The translations under genes were made by a program, and so were the position numbers. The notes beneath the pieces are model-generated. The model did no database searches. It was not told the DNA's origin and was given only the letters and a program-made list of their open reading frames with translations. DNA of 64,000 nucleotides, taken from NCBI GenBank assembly GCA_000697455.1, contig JNET01029301.1:1-64000 (forward strand), in the 5' to 3' direction. Shown here piece by piece: positions 38,993-51,905 of the stretch. Each line of letters starts with the position of its first letter. The first letter of the stretch is position 1. The DNA comes from Basidiobolus heterosporus B8920 (lineage: Eukaryota).

Positions 38993-39615
38993 TATCTACC
39001 GATCGAAAAATAGTTAAGATTAGATTATTGGCTCAGTGTTGACGTCTGAAGACCAAGAGTGAAAAGAACAGGAATCACGGCAGTAAAACTGTTGTGGTGT
39101 CTAGAGTCTTACCTAATAACCTAAAATATGGTATATGTATATTTGTATATATTCTTCGTCTTCAGGCAGAGAGAAGAAAGGAACGGTTTGACTCTAATAT
39201 AGTAAAAAAAAATCCCCCAAATATATGAAAGCTTTATGTTTAGCTTTAAACCTTTGTTTAATACTGAGTAATATTTGCTTTTTGATTTTATTTCAAAACC
39301 ATCAATTTTCGAGAACCTCCTATTTTTCCTCATCCTAATGGTGCATCTTGAAATCCTGGAGAATCACGTGATTTCATTCTGTAACTCTATCCGTCATGCA
39401 AGAATATATAAACGTGGCCATTATAGATGAAGTGCATACTCAGATTGCCCACTGGCGATTTATTCAAAGTTCGATGGATTAACCCTATTTGAAAGAATGG
39501 AAGACCAAGATTTACAAATATATTCTTCCTATATCCTCTAAATCTAAGGGAAGTGGTGGTGTAAAGTATGTTGTCACAAGAAGTTGCCATGTATCTTACA
39601 AGTTAAAAGGCGGCA

Positions 39616-40447
39616 TTATTTTCCAATGAAGTTTCTACGTTGGTCTAATTTCATGGAAGACATAGTGTAGTTGTTGGACTTCTTTAGCTTGTTTGCTTCA
39701 CGAATGGCTAGAGTAATCTTATCAAGGTCGGTTTCTAATACCTGCAATTGTTGTGTGTTAAGTTACATTCAAGGTATTGCTATGTAAATTTGAAAACTAC
39801 CATTCCGCCAGTGACCACTTCAGCCAAAATATGATGAATCTAAAAAGCCATATAAGAGACAGCAAAGGAAAGAACATATGCTAGTAGAGAAAGTCACCTC
39901 TTCCCAATGGAAAATCTAGTAGTAGGTTACGAAAGGAAGAGACAATTTTTAGAAAAGCTCACCAAGTGTTGGTAAAAATAAAAATATTCTAAATACCAAG
40001 TCAAGTTCACAAACATTCTCAAAACAACGGTCCAAACTTTCAACAAACACCTAATTTGAACTTGATAAGCACACTAGATTGATGGTTGTCTTTTGCTTCT
40101 ACTTACTTGGATTAAATCTAAGATTCCTAACTCACTCTCGGAAGAATCTACTACAAACACAAAATACAGAGTGGCATAGTTTCGATATATAATACGAGTA
40201 TCGGGTCCACCTAATAGTGTACTTCCTTCAAGAAAGTTGCATTCAGTATCCAATCTTTCGGAGACCAGGCTAAATATTTCCTCAAGAATCTTTTGCTGAA
40301 CAGAAACATCCTACTCGAAAGAAAAGGGTATTTATAAACAAATTAGGCACAGGAGTGGAATAAAAATAAGATTCCTACAATCTGTTGGTAGAATTTCATC
40401 AAGCGAGGTTTGCCATGGTTGTTAAAGATTAGTACCGACTTGATCAT
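39616..40447 (-). CDS. APS3: AP-3 complex sigma subunit (includes 18-nt micro-exon 39898-39915)
   Basis: MIKSVLIFNNHGKPRLMKFY, YRNYATLYFVFVVDSSESELGILDLIQVFVESLDRCFENVCELDLIFHWE. Confidence 0.96.
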
Positions 40448-40539
40448 ACTTGAGGAAGTTGACGTCTAAAGTTTCGTGTGTCCAAAGTGCATGGCAAATA
40501 ATATTTCTAATTAATTTGAATGGATTGGGGATTCGTCAT

Positions 40540-40590
40540 GGGAATTCAATAATTGCCCACCAAATATCTAGGGAATTCAATCATTGCCCA
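40540..40590. repeat. 20-bp direct repeat GGGAATTCAAT(A/C)ATTGCCCA upstream of APS3
   Basis: 40540-40559 and 40571-40590, one mismatch. Confidence 0.85.
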
Positions 40591-40727
40591 TCTATCAATA
40601 TTACTCAGAATATTCAATTTAGGTGATATTTATTTAGGACATATTTATAGGAGTAACAGAAATGAAATGCTTGGGTTCCCAAAGTAAAGCAAGGCATAAA
40701 TTATGGTTTAATAGCGGGTGTGAATTT

Positions 40728-41270
40728 TTAGTTGACCTTGGCCATGCTATCAGGACAGTCATTCTTGATGTGACCGTTCTCACCGCATCCATAACAGACC
40801 TGACCCACCTGTGAGCAATCAGTAGAAATGTGCCCAGTCTTCCCACAACTATAGCATTTGCTCTCGTTGGTACAATCCTTGGATCGATGTCCAAACTCAC
40901 CACAGGTAAAGCAAGACTTGTTGAATTTTCCGACATTCTCAGGGCATCCAATGGCATAATGACCAGATTTACCGCACTTGTAACACTCAGGGCCGTCGGT
41001 AAGTGTGACTGGACAGTCTCGCGACAGGTGGTCAGTCGACTCGCAGCGATAACATTTTTTGGTAGCAGTCGGCTCATCACAGTCACGACTAAGGTGGCCA
41101 GTTTCATTACAATTGTAGCTAATATACTTGCACGGTTACTAATGGAATAGTGATTCAGATAGGAGATTAAATGATTACCAGACAGGTTCTGTTTTGCTGC
41201 ATTGTTTGGCTTGATGCCCAGGTGCACCACAATTATAACATATCGAATACCCGGCTCTACGTGGGGTCAT
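40728..41270 (-). CDS. GIS2: CNBP/Gis2/Byr3-type protein with seven CCHC zinc knuckles (2 exons)
   Basis: Seven CX2CX4HX4C repeats (e.g. CYNCGAPGHQAKQC, CYKCGKSGHYAIGC) in a frame not shown in the ORF track. Confidence 0.9.
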
Positions 41271-42362
41271 TCTATCGTTGCGAGTGTTGGTCGGAATTTT
41301 GACTGATTGACTAATGGAAGATAATTGAGTTTAGTGATACCTATGCTCTCTTGAAATACTCTTTCAGAAGTAGACAACTCTATGCCTTTATCTATTTATA
41401 CTCTACCAACCAGTCCTGTATTTACCTCCCTGACTCAAAATCATGTTTAAGGGGGAGAGGAGAGGCTATAAGGGGCTGATGGTATAACCCGCCGCGAACA
41501 CTTGACTGTATCTTTGACCAAACTCCCTTCTCACCCCTATTTACTCAACAAGTTAATTCAAATGTCTCCTTAACCATTGATTTAAATAATGTCTAGATTG
41601 AAGATATCACGTGACCCATGAGTATTAGAAATGACAACTCCCTACACAAAGAATAGTAGTCAATTATGGCCTACCTAACAAACATCCCAATCACTCTAAC
41701 ATGGGAACTTCCGAGCTTTCAATGTAGATGGCTCACTGGCAAACTTCGTTCTGTACAATCGGAAAACTTACTATCCACGTGCTTGTAACCTAAGTAGTAA
41801 GGGTAATTACATCAGTACAGTACCATAATTATTCTTCACATCACTTCATTCTAATTTGAAAGCCATCACTTGCAACATCGCATAGGTTCAGCTGACACGT
41901 GGTCATTTATCCATCATCGTGGATGTGTCGCGGGTTAGAGTGAAATATGTCGAAGTAACAAAAGCCTCCGAGGATTCTACGGAACATTGCTCACGTTTCA
42001 AATTGATTGAGTCATTATTGATGAACTAGTCTTTCGTCCGATCCATCTCAATATTTTGACAGGATACGGACACGCCGCATGGCAGATAAAAGAGATTATC
42101 CGTATTGCACGCAGATGAATGTTATATAGGTTGGGTGGATCATCAGAAATATGCATTTAGCTACGCATAATCACGCTCACTGAAGACCCTTCTGTTGCAC
42201 ACCTATTTCTTGTGCTGCACTGTCAATTAGAGATGTAAGATGAATGACGCTCATTTGCCGGCCAGACAAGATGCACCCACGGATATAACATCAACGCTGG
42301 TGATGGGAAAGGCTTAAGGCACATTCAAAAAGATTTCGGAGATTTTCGGAGAGCGGAAGTAA

Positions 42363-42374
42363 TGACAGGTGTCA
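42363..42374. promoter_or_regulatory. TALE-homeodomain dimer site TGACAGGTGTCA
   Basis: Exact inverted TGACA pair, 1.2 kb upstream of the TALE homeobox gene. Confidence 0.55.
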
Positions 42375-43586
42375 CTCCGAAATGGAAAACTGTCAATGCT
42401 TCAACCATAGCCAGCGTGCTCAGTGTCGAAAAAGATTGGGTCAATATACACCCATTTAACTACAGGTGTAGATGAAATCTCTTTCCATTTTAGTTCAGAA
42501 ACACAGCAATGCCACCAAGAGAAGCTTCGTAGAGACTCTTTTAGCCGGTTTAGCTTGGTTGTATTTAAATCGATAAAGAATTCATCAGGTGAGGATAGAT
42601 CACTAGATAAAGAGCCACAAAGGGTTGTTTCGCAGATAAGGTTTCAGCACTCCACATCTTTTATGAATGACACTATCTGTTGTATCAACGGAAAGTACAA
42701 GTATCCTCTTTAGGAAAGGAGTCACACGCTTCATAATTCCCTAGTTCTGGCTCATTTAAGGTTGGTTGGCCAAGTTTTATTGAGAGTGAAGCTTAACTAC
42801 CATCCCCCCTCTCAGTTGGGCTCAGGTTGTAGTCAGGTTACCAGTGTTGCTTGGCAGGTGTTAGCGTTGCTGTTGTTGTTGTTGTATCTCACTTGCAGTC
42901 CCTTTCATTATTCTGTACCGTTGTCCACTCAACCATTAGCCTAGACCTAGTTTAACCGGTTGAGTGACTGACAAATGAAATCCGGGAGTAGCTTACCATT
43001 TGATTCTTTCGGGTCAATCGTGTGTGTGACCGTTGGTTGGCCACAAAGAGATGCTGAATATTATGATCACCAACTAGATTATCATCAACTTGTTTGCTGA
43101 TATCTCTATGATCAGTCTTGCTGTGTTACACTGTGTGCTTTTCAGGTTCCTTGCACCCGAATTTTCACGATTGAAACACAATCTTGAGTAATGCATGTCC
43201 TCCTGAATGCAGAAATATTAGCTCAAACGGCATCGCATCCTAGCACCACTCACCAATCCCAAGTCTAGCTATCGAGTCTAGCTATCGAAACCCCTTTTGC
43301 CCTAACCCAGAGTGCATGGAAGCAAGGGAATCATGAAACACTCACAAACGCACAAGCGTTGTAAGTGAGGCTGATCGGTTGAGCGATGATTATCAAATTC
43401 GCCAGTAGATACTTTTTAACACACCCTTAGATGTTTGTGACACATTACACTGATTTTAATGATGAATAACTATGGGCATCAATCAACAACCACTGAGGAT
43501 TGTATAAAAAGGGGCGTCAATCCCTCGGCCTTTACCATTGACACTATCTTCAAATCTCTCCATCGTATTATTGACTGACACTTGGT

Positions 43587-44330
43587 ATGGCCGTTTACCT
43601 TTCCTACCCTGATCCCAAGGTTCGCATTCATTTTTACTACCATTAACAGTCCATAGAATCTAACCTTCACCATTAGCCCAGAGTATTTAGCCCCGTTGTC
43701 ATCGTTCATAATGATCAACATCATAACGAGCAGCATCGCAGCTACATCGGCAGTCACAAGGAACGCATTGAAGAGATGCTTTTTCACAACGCCAAAGAAT
43801 GGACTGGCTATCGTTACATTCCGGAACCAGAAAGCTACGAGGCTGATCGGGAAAGCATAAGCTCCGACTCATCATGTTCTAGTGCCTCCCTTTCTCCATC
43901 ACCAACATATTCTGAAGTCCAATCTTCTTTTGACAATGGGCCGGAGACCATTCCCACATCACCCAAGCCGAACCAAAAGAAGCGCAGGGGCAACCTTCCC
44001 AAGGCTGTTACTACCATTTTGAAATCGTGGTTGGCGAAGCATGTGAAGCATCCATATCCTACCGAAGATGAGAAAATTTCTTTAGCCATGGAAACCAAAC
44101 TCACCATGAATCAGATTAGTAACTGGTTTATCAATGCGCGTAGAAGAATTTTGCAGCCCATGATTGAAAGTGCTCAGGCAAATGGGGAACTCAGAAAGCA
44201 AAGCTGTGACCTGGAGATGATCCAATTCTCAGGAGAAACACCAGGGGATGAAAGCTCCTCCGGTAAGCGCAGATACTCTTCGACATCCTTTTCGAAGAAA
44301 TCTCATCCAAAGAAGCAGAAGAGCTACTAG
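43587..44330 (+). CDS. TALE-class (TGIF/Cup9/PKNOX-like) homeobox transcription factor; exons 43587-43619 and 43677-44330
   Basis: KKRRGNLPKAVTTILKSWL...HPYPTEDEK...QISNWFINARRR. An upstream ATG exon joins in frame via a GTTCGC..CTAAC..TAG intron; TATAAAAA at 43503. Confidence 0.92.
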
Positions 44331-46584
44331 AGAGTCTTTGCATATTTTGCGCGCTATATTATAATCCTGATCACCTCCCACCCTTTTGTAAAACTTCCGA
44401 TGGTTTATTCCTCTTCACTAATGTAATGATATCCGTTGTTCTTTGGAATCTTCAATCTTTGCATGTCGATATTTCTTTCCCTTCCACCACTTTATAGTAT
44501 TGTATTTTAATCATGTCGTTTTTCAGCACCAGAGCCATAATATCCGCTCGGATGGTCATTATTAAACGGCTTCTATTGTTTTGTCATTATATACATTTAC
44601 ATAGCGTTTAATATCAAATAGTGCAACAAATTTACGATCAATTTTTTGACAGTTGTTCTTAGTATCATTTGCGCCACAATTCCATATTATCTGGAGATTA
44701 TCATTGAAATCCGCGGATTCTCAAGGTAATCTGTGAGTAGTTTGATGGTACGGAGGTTTACCCCTATAGCTCAATGACGGATTATCTAGGATTGTAGAAG
44801 GAGCTGAATAGGAGCCGATGTAATGGATATGTTCACTGAGCCCCCACACCACCCCCACGCTAATTAAGTCATCTAGCCTCCAAACGGTCTCGGGTATGAT
44901 TAAGATTCAACGCATATGAACACGCATATAAATATTAAATAGACAAAGGATCTACTGTTCTGGAAAGAGTCAAAGGCAGGTAGAATGAGGTTGCAGATGG
45001 TCTCGAATGTTGGCAATAAACCACACAATAGATTGAAACTCAATACGCCATCACATTAAACTAAAACCTAATGAACAGTCATAAGATTAAGGGAAAGTTT
45101 GGCAATGCTTCTTGATTTAGTCTTACCATTAATATTCAACAGGTTTCCCCGAGATTGCCTCTATTCTGTCTTGTTACGAATTTGTCGGGATTTGACAAGA
45201 TTTACTTTTTTAAGGTTGGACTGTGTCTGCGGTTGCTATGGGCTATTGAATTGTTGCGCAGCTGATGGTCATTTTGACCAGACAAAGCCATAAGAGATCA
45301 TCTGTGTTGCACACACAGCACAGGTTACTAGTAATTCTGGAGTGAACGATATGAGTGATAAGAGATAAGGGTTCTCCGAAATCCCCCGATATGAACTGCT
45401 GTCAAACAGCACAATTGACATATTGACAGTAGATGGTTGATGAAGTGATGAAGTGATGATACAACCCGTTACACAATCAGAACACGCCAAACCACATGCG
45501 ACTTCAGAATGTTCCCATGAAACAAGATCCACTTTGGAATGCAAAAATTCGGTTTGTTCCAAATACTCTCACTGAGTGTCAAACAAATCACCCACCTCCT
45601 AAATTCGCTTACCCTAAAGGGTGGGAATCTTGATTCAAGCCAATCTCTGTGGCCAGTGAGTAAATTTACACGTGCAGATGAAAGTATGCGAAATCTCTTT
45701 CCTTTTGAATAAAGCAGTCTGATTCAAGCCGGCTTATCCTGTCATGAGTGACGGAGATTGCCGGGAAGATCAGAATTATCCACTGAACAACGCACATAAG
45801 CTTACGAAATTTTCACGAAATTCTCCCACTATATGGAGCTCAGAGCATGGCACAAGGTGTGCGAAGGTTAATCTGAGGTTTAGTTGAAGCTTCACAGAAA
45901 TGTGTCATTGATGAGCGAAAGCGTAAACTGTAACACACCCAAGATAATCGCTTACCGTTATTCGTCTTTCGGCGATGGCATGTGCCATTCCACCTTAAAC
46001 GATCCATCTTGATAGGAAGGAGGACGGTGAACCAGTTATGCTCAAATTGGGTAGAGCTAGCAAACAATAATTCACATCTCCACCTACAATCAGTAATGGT
46101 GGGAACTTTTGAAATGGATTCAGGAAAGCTGATAATGACCTACAAGATGACCCAGAAGATGACCCAGAACTGGTAAATTAGTTTCTTCAGTGCTGGTGGT
46201 TAGTGACCCTAAAAGCATTTGGATGTCCCCCGAAAAATTAGATTCTTATATTACACGGCTATTAGTTGAATCTTCATTTAGCTTGATGATTACGATGGCT
46301 ATAAGTACAGCATGTTATAGATAGGCTACATAGATTTATGCCTCTTCCAACGTGAATACACAAAAGCACATTGAACAACTTGATAATGAAAAATATACAT
46401 TTCCTTCAGCTCTGCTAAAGTGTCATAAACTTTGTTTTACAATTGACAACGTAGAGTTAACCCATAAACTCGTATATATAATTCATAGGCGTGACTAGAA
46501 AAATTGAATCTTTATAACAAATATGCATAATGAATGTGTTTATTGTTATTATCTCACTGTGTGTATGTATAATGAAAGGAATGT

Positions 46585-47188
46585 CTATTGACTTTTGATG
46601 GACTTGTTTCTGTTCTTTGAACTTTTACGGCCGGCAGTTTCAGTGACGACAGGTGCTTCCCCGGTGGCGTTTTGCTTAACAAGCTTTTGGGCCTTCTCCC
46701 ACTCTATACGACGTTCGTTAAGAACTGACTTGATTCTAGCCATGGTTTTCTTACACTAAGTCCCAAAAGAGGTTTGTCAGGAAACCACACTAGAGAGGAG
46801 TTTTCAGAGTAATGGGACTTTAACAAACCTTGACAACTCTTGTTTTGTTAGTAAAGAATTGCTCGGTGATACCCCAACGTCTAGCTTCTTCGTTTTGACT
46901 AGCCAACATATTGCGTTCCTTGAGGGCAACATACCAAATCTTATGCAAGTCTTCGAAGCTCTTATTACGTAGCTCACCAGCTCTCCAAGCACGACCTAGA
47001 CAAGCAAGTTTAAAATAGTGAGAGAGATACCTAAGTATCGAGGTGGAAGGAACCAATACTCTACCAGTCTTGGGCTGTTCTTTAGGAAGAGCCATACCCC
47101 CTTCGAAAAACTCCTCCATTCCTCTGGCTCTGAAACCGGCACATTTAACCTTATTTATTGCTTGGAATGCTCTGCTTACGAAACTCAT
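46585..47188 (-). CDS. MRPL4: Mitochondrial ribosomal protein uL29m (MRPL4/MRPL47), 3 exons
   Basis: [44 protein letters not shown]. Confidence 0.93.
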
Positions 47189-47505
47189 GTTCGAACTAAA
47201 GACGAGGTACAGTAAAGTCTGGGTTTCGGCAAACACAATTAAGCAAAAGTTTTTCTTAGACGAATCAAAACCAAAATCTTTTTTCCAAATTTGAATCCCA
47301 TGATTTGGAAATTTTACGAGGGAAGACCAACTAAAATGAATGAATCAAATTTATGCAATGAAATATACGTTTGTGATCATTCAAACCATTGGAAATTTTA
47401 CCAATTTGATTAAGATTTCCCTTGAATTTCCTTTATTATCGCGTAAATTCTTGGTGTCCGTTCAACGGTTGCCTGTACAAACGAACTTACTTGTTACTTG
47501 AAAAG

Positions 47506-48839
47506 ATGGTATGATTTTCAACCTCCTTAAGGATTCTACCTATTTTATTCCATAGTCTAACTACATCGCTTCACTCTCTAGGCACGTAATGAAGAAAAAG
47601 CACAGTAATTTCACGGTCTCGTTTTGTCTGGTTTTATCAAGAGTTACTAAAAGAGTGGATTAACCTTTTTCTAGATCCATGCTTCATCGGTTCCGCGATG
47701 CTAGAGCCGCTGAGCTAGGTTTTAACAAAAACGAGCGACGCCCCTATCTTGCTTCGGAGTGTCGCAGTTTACCTGAAGCAGAGAAATGGAGACGTCAAAT
47801 CATCAACGAAATTTCTCGCAAAGTTACTCAAATTCAAAACTGTAAGGATCTTTTTTACGGAAGGTTATCCGGAACAAGTTCTTATTATTCCCACTAATTT
47901 TTGGCCTGTTCGTCTAGCTGGCCTTTCTGATTTTCAGGTTAGAGATATGAACGATGAGATCAACAAACTCATTCGTGAGAAAGGTCACTGGGAAAGACAG
48001 ATAAAGGATTTAGGTGGTCCGGATTATAGGGTAAAATATAGATAGCTACTCGGCTATACTATATTTCTAAACTAAACTCTTCTTTCATCTCTTCAATAGA
48101 GAATAGCACCCCGAATATTAGATAATGAGGGTAAATCAGTACCAGGGAATCGTGGATACAAGTAAAGTCACACGCGCAAAGGTTTCCTAAGCAACAACTT
48201 CTCACAGGTCTTAACGTTTATAGATACTTTGGTCGAGCGAGAGAATTACCGGGAGTGAAAGAACTATTCGAAGTAGAAGGTAAGCGTCATATTTCTTCTA
48301 TCAAATTGAATGAAACTACACCCTAAACGAATTTGCTGTGAAATAAGCGACTCTTGAGGTGGCATCCAAAACACGCTACGAAATGTACAGGAATGTCAAT
48401 GCGGACTACTACGGCTATCGTGACGAAGATGATGGCATTCTGCTGGAATACGAAGACGAACAAGAGAAAGAACGTAAGAATGCCTGTGTACTGTAGTGTT
48501 TTTAATTTGTGCTTACCGCTTACTTCGTTTCAAGTCAGAGCCAAGTTGCAAGAAAACAATGACCTAATACTAGTAGAATACGATCAAGGCAAAACTAAAG
48601 GCAAGAAAAGGAAGGGTGGTGAGGGGTCTTTTTCGCGAGAGCCGATGAGTATCTCTGTAGCCGAAGGCGATGTAGATAATTCTAAAGTGAAATTCGTTGC
48701 TCACGTGGACGTGCCTTCTCAAAAGGATGTAGAGGCCTTTCTTGTCCGAAGAAGAAAGCAAGATCTCTTCGACAAATATGTCAGTGAAGATCTCGAGGCT
48801 ACTGTTCAAGAAACCAAAGAGCTCACTGGTCGTGAGTAA
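47506..48839 (+). CDS. ISY1: Pre-mRNA splicing factor Isy1 (first coding exon is ATG only)
   Basis: MARNEEKAQSMLHRFR, AEKWRRQII, RDMNDEINKLIREKGHWE, GYKYFGRARELPGVKELF. Confidence 0.96.
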
Positions 48840-49182
48840 GCTTCATCTACCATTTGAGCTTGGGTTTCATCTCTATGGGCGTTTTTCTTTAATTTTTGTA
48901 CAGATTTCAATAAATCGCTTTATTTACCTTCATTATCTATCATAGATAAGATTTTGGACAGCATTACAAACTAAAGATATCTAACGAAATCGATGGATCG
49001 TTTACTCAATTTGTTCTATCAGGTTTAGCCAAAAATTTTGTATGGGTAATCAACATAATCTGAAGGTATATTTTGTATTGAATCAAAAAAAATCTGGTTC
49101 TCGGAAAAAATGAAAAAAACTTGATAAGCCAGAAGGTGACAGCAGGAGCTGAAGCTACTTTGGCCCAAAGCACCGTATAGTT

Positions 49183-50790
49183 ATGACTAGTGTAGAATCC
49201 CTCAAAGAGTCTATCGCCCAAGTCGGGGATAAAGTACGCGCTCTTAAAATTTCCAAGGCAGATAAGGCAGAGGTCGATGCCGAGGTCTCAGTCCTTCTAG
49301 GATTGAAAAAACAATTGGCCGAACTTACTGGTGAAAGCACCGGTAGTAGTAAGAAGAAGGGGAACGCTTTTACTTTAAAGACCCCCAAGGGTACTAAAGA
49401 TTATAATGACAAGGAAATGGCCATTCGTGAGCATATTTTCTCCACCATCATTAGTGTTTTCAAGCGCCATGGCGGTGTCACTATCGATACACCAGTCTTT
49501 GAGCTAAAGGAAATCTTGACCGGTAAATATGGAGAAGATAGCAAGCTTATTTACGATCTTGAAGATCAAGGTGGTGAGAAATGCTCTCTCCGTTATGATC
49601 TTACTGTTCCTTTTGCCCGTTTCTTGGCTATGAACGGTACTACCTACCAAAACATTAAGCGTTACCATATTGCCAAGGTCTACCGTCGTGATCAACCTGC
49701 TATGACTAAGGGCAGAATGAGAGAATTCTACCAGTGCGATTTCGACATTGCAGGAACATACGAGCCAATGGTACCTGATTCTGAGGTCATCCGTATTGTT
49801 GTTGAGATTCTCTCCGCCTTGGACGTAGGAAAGTTCACCATCAAGGTTAATCACAGGAAGATTCTTGACGGTCTTTTCGAAGTTTGCGGTGTTCCTACCG
49901 ATAAGATCCGTACCATTTCATCTGCCGTTGATAAGTTAGACAAGATGTCTTGGGCTGACGTTAGAAAGGAAATGACTCAAGACAAGGGTCTTGATGAAGC
50001 TGTCGCTGACAAGATTGGAGAATATGTTAAACTTAAGGGTGGACGCGATCTTCTAGAGAAGTTGCAACAAGATGATGTATTGATGGCCAACGCAAGTGCC
50101 AAGGCTGGATTGGAAGACATGAAGGCATTTTTGAGATATCTTGAAATCTTCAAGGTCTTGGAATACGTTTCCTTCGATCTCAGTCTTGCTAGAGGTTTAG
50201 ATTATTATACTGGTGTCATTTACGAGGCTGTCGTAGAAGAGAGTCTCCTTCCTGAGATCACTCAAGAAATGAAGAAGAAGGCTAAAGAAGCTGGTGATGA
50301 GGACAGTCAAACTCGCATCGGATCTGTTTCTGCTGGAGGACGTTATGACAACCTGGTTGGTATGTTTGCAGGTGGTGGTAAGAAGAGTAACATCCCATGT
50401 GTTGGACTTAGTATTGGTGTTGAACGTGTTTTCTCTATCATCATGAGAAGAAGTCAATTGGAGAATATCAAGTCTAATGAGTGTGAAGTGTACGTAATTG
50501 CTGTTGGAGACGGGCTTCTTGAAGAACGTATGCAAATTGCTACTGAGCTTTGGGAGAACGGCATTAAGGCAGAATACATGTATAAGGCTAAGCCCAAGCT
50601 TCAGGCACAATTCAGTGTCTGTGACCGTGATAGAATCCCCTGGGCCGTTATTATTGGAAAGGACGAGTTAGAGCAAGGAATCGTCAAGATCAAGGACATG
50701 TCTTCCAAGCAACAAGAGAATGCCGGTGGTGTAACTATTTCCAGAAGCGACATGATTCAGGAACTCAAGAAACGTCTTGGCAGAGCCTGA
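49183..50790 (+). CDS. HTS1: Histidyl-tRNA synthetase with N-terminal WHEP domain, intronless
   Basis: [57 protein letters not shown]. Confidence 0.98.
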   Translation: MTSVESLKESIAQVGDKVRALKISKADKAEVDAEVSVLLGLKKQLAELTGESTGSSKKKGNAFTLKTPKGTKDYNDKEMAIREHIFSTIISVFKRHGGVTIDTPVFELKEILTGKYGEDSKLIYDLEDQGGEKCSLRYDLTVPFARFLAMNGTTYQNIKRYHIAKVYRRDQPAMTKGRMREFYQCDFDIAGTYEPMVPDSEVIRIVVEILSALDVGKFTIKVNHRKILDGLFEVCGVPTDKIRTISSAVDKLDKMSWADVRKEMTQDKGLDEAVADKIGEYVKLKGGRDLLEKLQQDDVLMANASAKAGLEDMKAFLRYLEIFKVLEYVSFDLSLARGLDYYTGVIYEAVVEESLLPEITQEMKKKAKEAGDEDSQTRIGSVSAGGRYDNLVGMFAGGGKKSNIPCVGLSIGVERVFSIIMRRSQLENIKSNECEVYVIAVGDGLLEERMQIATELWENGIKAEYMYKAKPKLQAQFSVCDRDRIPWAVIIGKDELEQGIVKIKDMSSKQQENAGGVTISRSDMIQELKKRLGRA

Positions 50791-51905
50791 GTAATTCCTA
50801 CTTTGAGCCCATTGTAGTGACTCATATTATTAGTGTGCTATTCTTCCCATAATCTCTGCATAACTGGCCCTGTCAACAGAGTTCTACTAAATTCGAGTTT
50901 GAATGTATGCGAAATATAAATATTTTGAACCAAATGTTACCTGAAAATATTTCCATCTATTCATGGGAAAGGAAATCCCCTCTACTTTCATATGTTGTGG
51001 GTGTGATGCTGATAATTCCTGCTTTAAAGTAACCGAATTAGTCACTTTGCATTTGTTTGCTAAATAGCAAAATATAAGTAATGATATATAAATATATATA
51101 TATGCATGTATTGTGGAGGCTTTTGAAGTGGAAACATAAAAGCCTGTACTTTTGCCCATACAATTGAAATCCATGAGATTGCTTAGCCATTGTTTAGTAG
51201 ATGAGGTATTTAATCTATGTACGTGATTCACAACTACTACTCTTCCTAGCCCTGACCCTGAGCTTAGCTAACCCTTTACCTTTTGAAATCTCTCCTAATA
51301 CTGGCTTTACGTATTCCGGCCAGTTCCACCTAGTCAAATGACTGGGTTAAAGTTAGAAGGTGCTTAAATATAAAGATCTGCGGCTGTCTTACTCAGCAAT
51401 CAGAAATAAAACGTATGTCTGGTTTTCCCTATTTTAGAGAATGTAAATTCACCGCCTCTTCCCCAATTTGAATTATTCTTGGGGAAATCTGAATTATTGC
51501 CCAATTCCTTCGAGAATATATCGGGGACCAAAATAATCGCTAATAATTCGGAGATTGATTGGCCATTGAGTGCTCAAACTGCGCATCATATTTTGAATAC
51601 TTCTTAATGTAACCAAGCAGTGAGAAAATACCTACAATTTGAGCTCGAATCACTTCGTAGGATTGTAAATACGAAACATCAGTAACTCTCCAGTAAAAAC
51701 CAACGGATATCCGAATGAATGGGGAGAAAAAGAGGGTCCCAGGACATTCGAATTTGGAAATGCAAAAATCTCCATAAGTTGCTCCCCTACTCAATACCCC
51801 TAACTTCGTTCCATCTCTACAAAAGAACCCTAAAGAGTTCGCTTATCTTTTGCTGACTGCTTTCTTCTAATTCCTTAGAGAAACTTTCATCGAAGTTTAT
51901 TCGTT

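Noticed and set aside
40634..41230. 198-aa ORF in the track
   Set aside because: Alternative frame overlapping the real CCHC zinc-knuckle gene.
44761..44830. CCCCTATAGCTCAATG resembles a tRNA 5' end
   Set aside because: No T-loop (GTTCRA) or matching acceptor stem follows.
45099..46176. Several 64-97 aa ORFs downstream of the homeobox gene
   Set aside because: Mostly non-ATG starts, no motifs and no consistent splice structure; likely regulatory DNA.
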